A stretch of DNA of 64,000 nt from Bacteroidales bacterium (GTDB lineage: Bacteria > Bacteroidota > Bacteroidia > Bacteroidales > P3): NCBI GenBank assembly GCA_024400495.1, contig JAKSMR010000003.1, positions 5,862 through 69,861 on the forward strand, given 5' to 3'. A program made the translations under genes and the position numbers. The notes under the pieces are model-generated. The model was not told the origin of the DNA, searched no databases, and saw only the letters and a list, made by a program, of their open reading frames with translations. Below are positions 36,238 through 46,750 of this stretch, in pieces. Each line of letters begins with the position of its first letter. Positions within the stretch are counted from its first letter, which is position 1.

Positions 36238-38778
36238 ATGACAACGAAGACAAAATCAATCCTGACTCACGTAGGCATCGTGCTATTCTTTCTGGTAGTT
36301 TCGTGTGTCTATTTCTCGCCAATACTTAACGGAAAGGTCTTGCCCCAAGGCGATTTGCAGAAGTCCGAGAGCATGAAGGCCGCACAAGCAAACTACCACG
36401 ACCAAACTGGCGAATACACAACGTGGTCTCCTTCTATGTTTAGCGGAATGCCTGGATACCAGATTTATACCGAACCCCAGCATTCTGCATTTCACGCAAT
36501 ACGAAACGTCCTAAACCTCAAATTCATGGGATGGAGCAACACGATAGGGGTACTATTCCTGTATCTCATCGGTTTCTATGTCGCTTTACTCGCTTTTGGA
36601 GTTGGTCCTTGGCTTGCATTAGCTGGCGCATTGGCATTTGGCCTCGGCAGCTATAATATCATCATCATCGAAGCCGGACATATAACAAAGGCTTGGGCCA
36701 TGTCTATGGTAGCTCCTATTCTGGCCGGCATGGTTTTGGCTTTCCGAAGAAAATATGTGTGGGGAGGAATCCTTTTCACCTGCGCGTTGGCGATTCAGAT
36801 TGCCTGCAATCACATCCAAATCACTTTCTATACCGTTATCGGAGCTCTTTTCCTAGGCCTTGCATACTTTATCTACTCGATAAAAGAAAATGGATTCAGA
36901 CCGTTCCTTAACGGTCTGGGAGTGCTATTGATAGGATGCATATTGGCTTTTGGCAGCAACCTGCGTCTGCTTCTCGTAAACCAGGAGTACATGAAATATA
37001 CCATGCGTGGTGGAAAAAGCATCACAGTCACTCCTGCCGACTTGGGTAATGGAGAAGCAACAAACAACGACAACACCACAGCTACAGGTCTGGACAAAAA
37101 CTATGCCTTCAGTTGGAGTTATGGCATAGGAGAGACCTATACCATTCTTGTCCCCGGAGCCATGGGCGGCGGAAGCGGAGAAAAGGTTGATACCGACAGT
37201 CAGTTCTACAAAAACTTCCGTCAAGAGCGGGCTCCTTTATATTGGGGAGACCAACCGTTCACCTCTGGACCTGTTTATTTCGGAGCAATCATCATCTTCC
37301 TCTTTATCCTAGGATTGGTTGTCGTCAAAGGACCGGAACGTTGGTGGATTCTTTTAGCAACAATACTCGCCATCATTTTGAGCTGGGGACACAACGCAAT
37401 GGGATTCAACGGCTGGCTCTTCGACAACCTGCCTCTATATAACAAATTCCGCACACCATCTATGGCGCTGATACTTGCCAACGTGACTATGGTTCTTATG
37501 GCAATTCTGGCTGTCAAATCAATCTTTGAATCCAAGAAAAATATCCAGGGCAGAGACGGCCTGAAGAAGATCAACATGGCACTTTATATCTCTGCTGGAA
37601 TCACAATAGCCATATTGCTAGTCGGTATGATTATGGCTAGCGGTTTCAGCTATTCTGGCGCAGCCGACGCCCAGATGGCCCAGCAATACAAGGATAACCC
37701 CCAACTGCTCCAGATGCTACAAAGTGCTTTGGCTGCCGACCGCGAGAACTTGTTCCGTGCCGACACCATGCGTTCCTTGATCTTCGTCATCCTCTCCGCA
37801 GGAGTAATCTGGCTTTATCTGAATGACAGATTAAAGAAATCCAGTTACTTAACTGCAGCCCTTACCATTCTTGTCGTAGTTGATTTATGGGGCATAGACC
37901 AGAGATACCTTAACAAAGATAACTTTACCGAAGAACGTCGCATCCGTCAGAATCCCGAACAGTACGATCTTGACATCGACAGAATGGCAGCACAATATGG
38001 AGATGTCGAGTATCGTGTGATGGACATGGCTACAGACACCTATAACGATTCTAAGCCTAGCGCCTTCCACAACCAGATTGGCGGATATAGTGCAGCAAAA
38101 CTTCGCAGATATCAAGACCTTATCGACTTCTACATCAACCAAAGCTCCGTTTTCGCTCATTATCAAAGCCAAGCTATGCAAGGCAACCCTATGCCTTTTG
38201 ACAATTACGCGGTACTCGATATGCTCAATTGCCGATATATGGTTCTTCCTGCTCAGAATGGACCTCAAGTAATCCGCAGAAACTCAGCATTGGGTAATGC
38301 TTGGTTTGTAAAAGAAGTTCAAATCGTAGAGGATGACAATTCTGAGATTCTTGCTCTTAACGATTTCGACCCTTCGAAAACGGCAATCGTCAACAAGAAA
38401 TATGCGTCTCTACTTGATGGGCTGATTTTAGACTCGACAAGTTCGGCCTCTATCGAAATGGTATACGAGGATTCAAAGAGTCCTGATCTTTGCAAGTACA
38501 AAGCCACTTGCGACAAACCTTCCTTAGCTGTCTTTTCGGAAATCAACTATGATCCCGACTGGTTTGCCTATATAGACGGAAAACCAGCCGAATATGTATG
38601 TGCAAACTATGTGCTTCGTGCCATGATAGTTCCTGCAGGAACTCATGAGATAGAATTCCGAAACGAAGCCCCAACTATGCACAAACTTGATAATTGGACG
38701 CTCATATTCTCTCTCATCACCCTTTTTGCAATAGCTGGCGCTATCTGGTATTATTACAAGAAAGAAGAGACGAAATAG
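36238..38778 (+). CDS. YfhO-family polytopic membrane protein
   Basis: 846 aa. Many N-terminal TM helices, a large C-terminal extracytoplasmic domain and a final TM helix. The layout is typical of YfhO. Confidence 0.75.
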   Translation: MTTKTKSILTHVGIVLFFLVVSCVYFSPILNGKVLPQGDLQKSESMKAAQANYHDQTGEYTTWSPSMFSGMPGYQIYTEPQHSAFHAIRNVLNLKFMGWSNTIGVLFLYLIGFYVALLAFGVGPWLALAGALAFGLGSYNIIIIEAGHITKAWAMSMVAPILAGMVLAFRRKYVWGGILFTCALAIQIACNHIQITFYTVIGALFLGLAYFIYSIKENGFRPFLNGLGVLLIGCILAFGSNLRLLLVNQEYMKYTMRGGKSITVTPADLGNGEATNNDNTTATGLDKNYAFSWSYGIGETYTILVPGAMGGGSGEKVDTDSQFYKNFRQERAPLYWGDQPFTSGPVYFGAIIIFLFILGLVVVKGPERWWILLATILAIILSWGHNAMGFNGWLFDNLPLYNKFRTPSMALILANVTMVLMAILAVKSIFESKKNIQGRDGLKKINMALYISAGITIAILLVGMIMASGFSYSGAADAQMAQQYKDNPQLLQMLQSALAADRENLFRADTMRSLIFVILSAGVIWLYLNDRLKKSSYLTAALTILVVVDLWGIDQRYLNKDNFTEERRIRQNPEQYDLDIDRMAAQYGDVEYRVMDMATDTYNDSKPSAFHNQIGGYSAAKLRRYQDLIDFYINQSSVFAHYQSQAMQGNPMPFDNYAVLDMLNCRYMVLPAQNGPQVIRRNSALGNAWFVKEVQIVEDDNSEILALNDFDPSKTAIVNKKYASLLDGLILDSTSSASIEMVYEDSKSPDLCKYKATCDKPSLAVFSEINYDPDWFAYIDGKPAEYVCANYVLRAMIVPAGTHEIEFRNEAPTMHKLDNWTLIFSLITLFAIAGAIWYYYKKEETK

Positions 38779-38804
38779 TATCGTTTGTATCCCAAGGGCA
38801 CAAC

Positions 38805-38840
38805 AAAGGAGGTCTGTCTTTCAGACCTCCTTTTATATAA
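38805..38840. terminator. Bidirectional terminator between the YfhO-family gene and the convergent TPR gene
   Basis: Perfect 12-bp stem AAAGGAGGTCTG / CAGACCTCCTTT, T-rich on both sides. Confidence 0.72.
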
Positions 38841-38918
38841 CCTTTATACTTGAGACCAATATGATAGGTCTACCTAGCAATACTCTTATTATCCGTCATC
38901 AACCTACTAACGAACCAT

Positions 38919-40097
38919 CTACCATGCCATTCCGTTTTTAACCATCCATTGTTGAGCTTCTTTATTTCCCAATTTTGCGGCTTTTTTGTAGTTGGATGTT
39001 TCTCGGGATTTGTTACCTTGTTTTGCATATAATTTTGCTATAAGGCAGTAGGTTTCGTGGTCGGAGGGGCGGATCTGAACCGCTTTCTGATAATTTCTCG
39101 TTGCCTTTACATAATCGCCTCTAACCGTATTCACTTGCCCCAAACACTTATACGACTCGGGATCTTGAGGATCAATACGGCTGGCTTTCTGATGATAGGC
39201 AATAGCTTTATCATAGTCTCCTTTGCCGCAATATATTGCTCCCAGACGATTATAAGCAGGAGTAAACAGGCTGTCTATCTGATTGATAATGGTTTCATAA
39301 CAGAGGATAGCCTTGGGGGTATCGCCTCTCTGGATGTAGGCAACACCAAGATAGTAGTACAGACGTACGGACTTATTATCTCTCAGCAAGCCTTTCTTCA
39401 GGTATGAGATGGCCGTTTCGTGATTCCCTCGCAAGACATACATGACCCCTAGGTTGTAATAACAATCCATATTGTCGGGATCGATCTTCAAAGCAGTACG
39501 GAATTGGTTGATTGCCTCGCTATCTTTACCTTGATGGTAATAGATTACCCCCAAAGCGTTATATGCCCTAGGATATTTGGAGTCTATGGCTATTGCCTTC
39601 TTTGCCCAATTGATAGCATTAGTGAAATTCTTCTGTTGGCAAACAATCAACGCCATCGAAGTGTGAGCAGAGGCACTCTTCGGATTGTATTCTATCGCTT
39701 TCTCTGCGACGGAAACCATATTGTCAAGGTCACCAAAGTTCTCATCTTCGACCATATTGTAAATCCAATGCTCATATGAGGTTGCCGCTAACGACGGCGT
39801 AGTGGAATCTATTGGAACATGGGTTTCTGGAATATCATCGCAAAGCTTAGCGGCATAAGCGAAATGAGAGGCGGCCTGACCAAAGAGACATCTTTTCTCC
39901 GCCAGCAATCCGAGATGGATATTAGGCAAGGGCGATTCGACATCGGCTGCTTGAGCCAGGGAATAATAGGAGTGAGCTAAATCCCAAAGGTGAAGTTCTT
40001 CGGCATTTTTGCCTTTTTCCAGCAACGAGGACATATCCTGAGCGAAAGCCGAGAGTGAGAATAGCAGGAGTAGCGATGATAATAAGATATGCTTCAT
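38919..40097 (-). CDS. Secreted tetratricopeptide-repeat protein
   Basis: Signal peptide MKHILLSSLLLLFSLSAFAQ. Repeated 34-aa units of the form A...Y..LG..Y...G....AI..Y..AL..DP. The start at 40097 removes the overlap with recG. Confidence 0.75.
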   Translation of the reverse strand: MKHILLSSLLLLFSLSAFAQDMSSLLEKGKNAEELHLWDLAHSYYSLAQAADVESPLPNIHLGLLAEKRCLFGQAASHFAYAAKLCDDIPETHVPIDSTTPSLAATSYEHWIYNMVEDENFGDLDNMVSVAEKAIEYNPKSASAHTSMALIVCQQKNFTNAINWAKKAIAIDSKYPRAYNALGVIYYHQGKDSEAINQFRTALKIDPDNMDCYYNLGVMYVLRGNHETAISYLKKGLLRDNKSVRLYYYLGVAYIQRGDTPKAILCYETIINQIDSLFTPAYNRLGAIYCGKGDYDKAIAYHQKASRIDPQDPESYKCLGQVNTVRGDYVKATRNYQKAVQIRPSDHETYCLIAKLYAKQGNKSRETSNYKKAAKLGNKEAQQWMVKNGMAW

Positions 40098-40125
40098 AGA
40101 CAAATAGTGGCTTGTTGATTTTGTG

Positions 40126-42222
40126 TTATGAGATCTTTCCCCAATCGTTTGCGGTTCTTTTCTTTTTAATATATAGAGCAAGACAGGCATTCTCGTATTG
40201 CGCCAAATCAGGATCGGCATCAAGGATATGTTGGACAGTTTCTCTCGCCGCTCTAACTATCGGCTCGTCGTTGACGATATCGGCCAATTTAAGTTGCAGT
40301 ATACCACTCTGTTGCAATCCTTGGATATCTCCAGGGCCTCTTAGTTTCAAGTCGGCCTCAGCAATGCGGAACCCATCTGTGGAATCGACCATGGTTTGTA
40401 TTCGCTCCTTGCCCGATGTGGTCAGCTTGTCCTTTGTCATCAACACACAATAGGACTGGCCGCCACCTCGGCCGACTCGACCACGCAGCTGATGGAGCTG
40501 GGATAGTCCGAAGCGTTCGGCATTCTCTATCACCATAACTGTAGCATTCGGCACATCAACGCCCACCTCTATTACCGTAGTGGAAACCATAATATTGGCT
40601 ATTCCGTCCTTGAAGCGCTTCATCTCATAGTCCTTGTCTTCGGATGGCATCTTCCCGTGGACGATAGCTATCTGATATTCCGGCAACGGAAAATCGCGAG
40701 CAATACTTTCGTATCCATCCATAAGATACTTGAGATCAGATTTTTCTGACTCATCGATAAGAGGATATACCACATAAACCTGTCTTCCTTCTGCAATCTG
40801 GCGACGCATGAAACTAAACAACTTCAGCCGTTGGGCATCGGTTGCGTGAATCGTTTTGATGGGTTTTCTTCCCGGAGGCAGTTCGTCAATTACAGAACAA
40901 TCCAAATCTCCATATAGGGTCATCGCCAACGTTCGTGGGATGGGTGTGGCCGTCATCACCAGCACATGAGGAGGAACAACATTCTTTGCCCATAGCTTGG
41001 CACGTTGCTCTACTCCAAAACGATGCTGCTCGTCAATCACAACAAATCCCAGCTGCTTGAACTGAACGGTATCTTCTATCAAAGCATGTGTGCCAATAAG
41101 AATATCCGTTTCTCCAGATAGGATACGTTCTTTTATCTTTCTCTTCTCAGACGTTTTCAAAGAACCCGTCAACAGCTCGACCTTGATATCCAGTCCGTCC
41201 AGAAACCTGGCGATAGTGTTAAAATGCTGTGTGGCAAGAATTTCCGTGGGTGCCATAAGACAAGCCTGGCAATTGTTGTCCAAGGCTATAAGCATACATA
41301 ACAACGCCACTAATGTCTTTCCCGAACCAACATCACCTTGGAGAAGGCGGTTCATCTGGTGCCCGCTCTTCATGTCGGCGCGTATCTCCTTGATCACACG
41401 TTTCTGGGCTCCAGTAAGGTCGAAAGGCAGCTTCTCCTTGTAGAATCGGTTGAACTTTTCTCCAACAACACTAAAAATATGTCCTTGAGCATGTTGCTGC
41501 CGTTGGTATTTAGCATATTGATAGTCTAGCTGAAGGAAGAACAACTCCTCGAACTTCATCCGTTGGGTGGCAAGTTGGATTTCTGTGTTGTTAGCCGGAA
41601 AGTGTATAGCTTTTAATGCTGCCTCGCGTGAAGGGAGCTTATATTTCTGTATAACGGAGAGGGGAAGGACCTCGGGGATTTTGCCCATAGATTGTGCAAG
41701 CAGCGCTTCAGTTAACTTCGACAATCCTTTCGATGTCAACCCTTTTGCTTTTAATTTTTCGGTAGTGGAATAGACCGGGATATAAGGATGACGCGAAGCC
41801 GTTTCGTCAGAGCGGACCGGTTCCAGCTCCGGATGAGCAATATTGATATGGCCGTTGAACATCGACGGTTTTCCCATCACTATATATTCCACATTAGGTT
41901 TGATGCTTTCCTGAACCCATTTCACGCCTTGGAACCAGATCAGCTCTACCGTACCCGTCCCGTCGGAGAAAAGAGCCGACAGGCGTGTTGCTCGTCCCGT
42001 CCCCGACAGGTGGACGTTACTTATCAAACCTCGAAGGACAACATAGCTAGACTCCACATCGATGGTGTTGATCTTCCCCAGCTGGGACTTGTCGACATAA
42101 CGGAATGGGAACTGCATCAGCAGATCGCCATACGTAAATACCTCTAACTCACGCTGGAGGACCTGCGCTCGTTGGGGGCCGACGCCTTTGAGGAATTCTA
42201 TGGGTGTTTCGAGAAAAGTCAA
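40126..42222 (-). CDS. recG: ATP-dependent DNA helicase RecG
   Basis: 698 aa. Wedge domain, LLQGDVGSGKT (Walker A), VIDEQHRFG (DEQH), and TATPIPRT. Confidence 0.95.
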   Translation of the reverse strand: MTFLETPIEFLKGVGPQRAQVLQRELEVFTYGDLLMQFPFRYVDKSQLGKINTIDVESSYVVLRGLISNVHLSGTGRATRLSALFSDGTGTVELIWFQGVKWVQESIKPNVEYIVMGKPSMFNGHINIAHPELEPVRSDETASRHPYIPVYSTTEKLKAKGLTSKGLSKLTEALLAQSMGKIPEVLPLSVIQKYKLPSREAALKAIHFPANNTEIQLATQRMKFEELFFLQLDYQYAKYQRQQHAQGHIFSVVGEKFNRFYKEKLPFDLTGAQKRVIKEIRADMKSGHQMNRLLQGDVGSGKTLVALLCMLIALDNNCQACLMAPTEILATQHFNTIARFLDGLDIKVELLTGSLKTSEKRKIKERILSGETDILIGTHALIEDTVQFKQLGFVVIDEQHRFGVEQRAKLWAKNVVPPHVLVMTATPIPRTLAMTLYGDLDCSVIDELPPGRKPIKTIHATDAQRLKLFSFMRRQIAEGRQVYVVYPLIDESEKSDLKYLMDGYESIARDFPLPEYQIAIVHGKMPSEDKDYEMKRFKDGIANIMVSTTVIEVGVDVPNATVMVIENAERFGLSQLHQLRGRVGRGGGQSYCVLMTKDKLTTSGKERIQTMVDSTDGFRIAEADLKLRGPGDIQGLQQSGILQLKLADIVNDEPIVRAARETVQHILDADPDLAQYENACLALYIKKKRTANDWGKIS

Positions 42223-42245
42223 TTGTTGCTATTTTAATTATGCTT

Positions 42246-42710
42246 CTATTCCGACAAGTTTATTCCTTGGGGAAGGAAAGGAGTGACATCCTTGCCAAAT
42301 GCCAGCAGTTCGCGCACGACACTACTTGAGATATGCTCGTTTTCAGAATCGGGGAGAATGAATATCGTCTCGATTTTAGGGTCAAGCATCCGGTTCACAC
42401 GCGCTATCTCGGCCTCGTAACGGAAGTCTTGCTCGTTCCTGACTCCACGAACTATATAACCGATCCCTTTCGATTTGCAGAAATCTACCGTCAGATCCTG
42501 ATGGCAAGTCACCTCGATACGAGGCTCGTCTTTAAAAGTCTGACGAATCCACTCCATACGCTTCTCAAGGGAGAAACGGGTGTGTTTCTGTTTGTTGTCC
42601 CCGATTGAGACAACTATTCCGTCAAACAACGGTAATGCTTTGCGAATCAGTGCTTCGTGGCCTTTTGTTATAGGATCGAACGAACCAGGGAAAAGTGCAA
42701 TCTTTTTCAT
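42246..42710 (-). CDS. coaD: Phosphopantetheine adenylyltransferase
   Basis: 154 aa. IALFPGSFDPITKGHEALI and ISSSVVREL. Confidence 0.95.
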   Translation of the reverse strand: MKKIALFPGSFDPITKGHEALIRKALPLFDGIVVSIGDNKQKHTRFSLEKRMEWIRQTFKDEPRIEVTCHQDLTVDFCKSKGIGYIVRGVRNEQDFRYEAEIARVNRMLDPKIETIFILPDSENEHISSSVVRELLAFGKDVTPFLPQGINLSE

Positions 42711-42725
42711 AGAGACAGAGGTTAT

Positions 42726-43430
42726 CTAACGGCGTTTGTGATTCTTTTTCTTCTTTGAGTCATCTCCGAACACATAGAGCAAACGTGCTGACACAGAGGA
42801 ATTATAGGCCTTGTTGGTCCAAACCTCGGGAGGGTCGGTTGCCCTATGATATTCTTGGAAAGTCCAATCGGTCTTGACAGGCAGGATCGATCTCTGATAG
42901 CGCAGGTTGAGTTTGAGCCCTTTCCAGACCGTGAAACGCATATCGATGGCGAAAGAGAGGTCGTTGCGGAGGAAAGTCATATTGGTGGTGTCGGGAATGA
43001 AATAGGTGGGGGAGTACTGGACCATGCCGTGGGGCTGCTGGACCAAACGGCTGTAGCAAAGACCCAAACCGACATTCATTCCGCCATATTTATCCTGATA
43101 ATGAACCATTAAGGGAATATCGACATAATTGAGGGTGAAGTGGAGGAGGCGATAGGGGTCGCTAGTGGGGTTTCGTGCTCCGCGTTGCGAAAAGTCGGCC
43201 TCCAGCGACATCTGCCATTGGTTGTCTCTGTCCAAACCGATCTCGGCTCCAACTCCAGCCGTATAACCAAGCTTCTTGAAACCCTTCAGTTCGTCACCCT
43301 CGATTTGCGACACGGTCGCTCCAACTATGGGATAAGCTCGGATCACAGACTCGTTTTTCCTATGTTGGGCCTGAGCCAACACAGGAAGAACGGCTATCAT
43401 TATGAATAGTAGATATTTTTTTTGTCTCAT
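42726..43430 (-). CDS. Outer-membrane beta-barrel protein (PorT/OMP_b-brl_2-like)
   Basis: Signal peptide MRQKKYLLFIMIAVLPVLAQA. Alternating beta-strand pattern. Basic C-terminal tail. Confidence 0.65.
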   Translation of the reverse strand: MRQKKYLLFIMIAVLPVLAQAQHRKNESVIRAYPIVGATVSQIEGDELKGFKKLGYTAGVGAEIGLDRDNQWQMSLEADFSQRGARNPTSDPYRLLHFTLNYVDIPLMVHYQDKYGGMNVGLGLCYSRLVQQPHGMVQYSPTYFIPDTTNMTFLRNDLSFAIDMRFTVWKGLKLNLRYQRSILPVKTDWTFQEYHRATDPPEVWTNKAYNSSVSARLLYVFGDDSKKKKNHKRR

Positions 43431-43557
43431 AGTTTTTTTTGCATTTGCCTCACATTGTGCCGTTTTTACGGCCATTCTATACCATATATAATATAATAAC
43501 GCGGGAAACGAAATAATATTGTTGAAAACTTTCTTTTGTCAAACAAAAAAATCGCCG

Positions 43558-43565
43558 TACCTTTG
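43558..43565 (+). promoter_or_regulatory. -7 box TACCTTTG upstream of dnaB
   Basis: TAnnTTTG match 67 nt upstream of the ATG. Confidence 0.45.
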
Positions 43566-43631
43566 CATTCCCAAACAAAAAAGAAGAAACATTTGTCAAA
43601 AACAATATAAATCAATAAAAAAGAAACGATT

Positions 43632-45224
43632 ATGCCAGAAAACGAGTCTCCGATCCGCACCAACGCCACGCGCAAAAAACAAAGATTAAGCTACGACCAG
43701 TCCTTCTCCCTCAACGGAAAGGTACCTCCTCAAGCCACAGAACTGGAAGAGGCTGTGCTTGGCGCACTCATGCTGGACCAGGATGCGCTTTCGACCGCCA
43801 TCGAGTCTCTCCACAAGGAGCTTTTCTACAAGATGGAGCATCAGACCATCTTCCAGGCCATCCACAAACTCTTCGAAGAATCGCAGCCCGTTGATATACT
43901 TACCGTTACCGAGCGTCTTCGCCAGGATGGAAGACTGGAGGAGGCAGGCGGGGCCTATTATGTCTCAAACCTTACCAACCGAGTTGTTTCGGCTGCCCAT
44001 ATCGAATATCACACGCGCATTTTAAGCGAGAAATACATTCAGCGCGAGCTGATTAGAATCTCGACAGAGACCATCCGCGACTCCTACGATGAAACAACCG
44101 ACGTTGTTCACCTCTTGGACCAGACCGAACAACGATTCCTCGAAATAGGGGAGAAGAACTTCCGCTCAGACTACAAAGCCATGTCGGATGTTGTCGGGCA
44201 GGCTCTGACCCAGATCGAGAAAGCACAAGAGAACGAGGGAGAGCTTTCGGGCCTCTCTACCGGATTCATTGCCCTCGACCGCCATACTGCCGGATTCCAA
44301 CCCGGAACGCTCATCATCCTTGCTGCCCGTCCCGCTATGGGTAAAACAGCATTTGCACTTTCCATAGCCCGAAATATGGCTATGACTTTCCGATACAACG
44401 TAGCTTTCTTCTCGCTTGAAATGACTGCCGTTGAGCTTGTTCAACGACTTATTTCAAGTGAATCTGGAATATCAGGAGAGCGCTTGAAGAAAGGCGAGAA
44501 ATTGTCACAAGCTGACAAAGAAAACCTTCTCCAGAAAGCCCAAGAGTTATCCAATGCCAATATCTTTATCGACGACACTCCCCAGCTCACCATCTTCGAG
44601 CTCCGAGCCAAATGCCGTCGTATCAAACAAAGCAAAGGCCTGGACATGGTGTTCATCGACTACCTGCAGCTTATGCAAGGAAATACCGAGAACAACAAGA
44701 ACGGCAACCGCGAGCAGGAGATCAGCTACATCTCGCGCCAGCTCAAAGCTCTGTCGAAAGAGCTTGAGGTTCCCGTATTCGCCCTCTCGCAGCTGAGCCG
44801 TAGCGTTGAGACCCGTGGCGGATCAAAGATCCCCCAGCTCTCCGACCTTCGCGAGTCTGGAGCAATTGAGCAGGACGCCGACATCGTTATGTTCATATAC
44901 CGTCCTGAGTACTACGGTATTACCGAAGATGACGGAGGCTCCACCATCGGCAAGGCCGACATCATCCTGGCCAAGCATCGTTCGGGAGCCGTAGGCAACA
45001 TCCGACTGAGATTCATCAGCAAGTACGCCAAATTCGAAAACGACGACACTCCGGGCGAAGGTATCGACGACGGAGGATTCAGCAGCCTGATGCCCAGCTC
45101 CTCATTCGATTCGGAAGGTCAGAGAACTCAGATCTTCGAGTCGAAGATGAACGACGACTTCTCCAACGGCTTCAACGGAGGCTTCGACGACCCGTCGGGC
45201 GGATCTGATTTCACCCCATTCTAA
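43632..45224 (+). CDS. dnaB: Replicative DNA helicase DnaB
   Basis: PPQATELEEAVLGALMLD, ARPAMGKTAF (Walker A), IDYLQLM, LSQLSR, and a Gly/Asp-rich C-terminal tail. Confidence 0.96.
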   Translation: MPENESPIRTNATRKKQRLSYDQSFSLNGKVPPQATELEEAVLGALMLDQDALSTAIESLHKELFYKMEHQTIFQAIHKLFEESQPVDILTVTERLRQDGRLEEAGGAYYVSNLTNRVVSAAHIEYHTRILSEKYIQRELIRISTETIRDSYDETTDVVHLLDQTEQRFLEIGEKNFRSDYKAMSDVVGQALTQIEKAQENEGELSGLSTGFIALDRHTAGFQPGTLIILAARPAMGKTAFALSIARNMAMTFRYNVAFFSLEMTAVELVQRLISSESGISGERLKKGEKLSQADKENLLQKAQELSNANIFIDDTPQLTIFELRAKCRRIKQSKGLDMVFIDYLQLMQGNTENNKNGNREQEISYISRQLKALSKELEVPVFALSQLSRSVETRGGSKIPQLSDLRESGAIEQDADIVMFIYRPEYYGITEDDGGSTIGKADIILAKHRSGAVGNIRLRFISKYAKFENDDTPGEGIDDGGFSSLMPSSSFDSEGQRTQIFESKMNDDFSNGFNGGFDDPSGGSDFTPF

Positions 45225-45261
45225 GACCAGGAAGAAAGCCGTTGGCCCCTACCTTAACAGC

Positions 45262-45338
45262 CACTAGCGTCGTACCAATTCCGTATCAAGTTCGGAATTG
45301 GTACGGAATTAATACGGAATTGATACGGAATTGATCCC
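45262..45338. repeat. 11-bp-register micro-array D: one CACTAGCGTCG unit, then six units of a different sequence (CGGAATT at 45293, 45304, 45315, 45326)
   Basis: The first two units (TACCAATTCCG / TATCAAGTTCG) are the reverse complement of the next four (GAATTGGTACG / GAATTAATACG / GAATTGATACG / GAATTGATCCC). Confidence 0.85.
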
Positions 45339-45538
45339 CGCTAAACCCTATGCTACAGAGGGTTACGTAACCAAAAAAGAACGAACCGGATCAACAACAA
45401 GCTGGAAATCAGACACAAGACTTTTCTGCCGCATTCCTTGCACACGTATTTCTGCTGTGTCACAGTCGATTAACCATGCCTGTTGATAAATTTTCGTTTT
45501 TATTTATATATTTATTTTGATACTTTATAAAAAAATAG

Positions 45539-45546
45539 TATCTTTG
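45539..45546 (+). promoter_or_regulatory. -7 box TATCTTTG upstream of the deoxyhypusine-synthase-like gene
   Basis: TAnnTTTG match 66 nt upstream of the ATG. Confidence 0.5.
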
Positions 45547-45611
45547 CACATTGCTATGCCAAGCATGGCAACAGGTTATAGAATTGAATAATAATTAAAT
45601 AATACCTAAAA

Positions 45612-46649
45612 ATGGAAAAGAAAGACCTTCTCAAAGAAACAGTACAGCACATCGACATCAAGAGCTACGACTCCACCGAACTCATCAACGCAATGCGTCG
45701 CATGTCCTTCACCAGCCGTGATACCGCTCGCGCTGCCGATATCTTCATGAAGATGGTAGCAGAAAAGGAATGCACCAACATTCTTACCATCGCCGGCTCC
45801 ACTTCTGCAGCTGGTTGTATGCAGGTTTATGTCGACATGGTAAAGAACAAGATGGTTGACGTTGTTGTCTCCACCGGCGCCAGCATCATCGACATGGACC
45901 TCTTTGAGGCTCTCGGTTTCAAACACTATATCGGAACCAAAGAGAACGTTGTTCCCGACACCACCCTCCGCGAACTCTACATCGACCGTATCTACGACAC
46001 CTTCATCGACGAAGAAGAACTCCAGGCCTGCGACCACGCCACCTACGAGCTCGCCAACATGCTCGAAGCCCGTCCCTACAGCAGCCGCGAATTCATCTAC
46101 GAACTTGGCAAATGGCTCCACAACGGTCGCGCCGTTAAGAAAGAAAGCCTCATCCAGACCTGCTACGAGTGTGGTGTGCCTATCTTCTGCCCCGCATTTA
46201 GCGACAGCAGCGCAGGCTTCGGTATTGGCAAGCACCAATGGGAACGCGCCAAAGAAGGCAAGCCCTACCTCAGCATCGATAGCGTTTGCGACTTTGTCGA
46301 GCTCACCAAGATCAAGATGGCAACCCCCGAGAGCGGTCTCTTCATGGTAGGCGGCGGCACTCCCAAGAACTTTGCTCAGGATACCGTTGTTTGTGCAGAA
46401 ATCCTTGGCTACGAAGTTCCTATGCACAAGTATGCCATCCAGATTACCGTTGCCGACGTACGCGACGGCGCTTGCTCCAGCTCCACACTCCTCGAGGCCG
46501 GTTCATGGGGTAAGGTAAGCGAAGAACTCCAGCAGATGGTTTATGCCGAGGGTACTACCGTTATCCCCGCCATCGCCAGCTACGTATACCACAACGGCGA
46601 CTGGAAGAACCGCGAATACAAGAACTGGCAGAAAATCTTTGAGAAATAA
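45612..46649 (+). CDS. Deoxyhypusine synthase family protein (bacterial homologue)
   Basis: 345 aa. LTIAGSTSAAGC, VVSTGASIIDMD, and GGGTPKNF motifs of the DHS/homospermidine synthase fold. Confidence 0.82.
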   Translation: MEKKDLLKETVQHIDIKSYDSTELINAMRRMSFTSRDTARAADIFMKMVAEKECTNILTIAGSTSAAGCMQVYVDMVKNKMVDVVVSTGASIIDMDLFEALGFKHYIGTKENVVPDTTLRELYIDRIYDTFIDEEELQACDHATYELANMLEARPYSSREFIYELGKWLHNGRAVKKESLIQTCYECGVPIFCPAFSDSSAGFGIGKHQWERAKEGKPYLSIDSVCDFVELTKIKMATPESGLFMVGGGTPKNFAQDTVVCAEILGYEVPMHKYAIQITVADVRDGACSSSTLLEAGSWGKVSEELQQMVYAEGTTVIPAIASYVYHNGDWKNREYKNWQKIFEK

Positions 46650-46668
46650 AAATACCACAAAAAAAACA

Positions 46669-46712
46669 GGAAGTTGCCCGAAAGCAAGTCGGGCAGCTTC
46701 CATCCTTTTACG
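46669..46712 (+). terminator. Terminator after the DHS-like gene
   Basis: GGAAGTTGCCCGA / TCGGGCAGCTTCC stem followed by ATCCTTTTACGCTTTTG. Confidence 0.65.
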
Positions 46713-46750
46713 CTTTTGATCCAGAAGCCCCAACCGCTAACACCTCTCGC

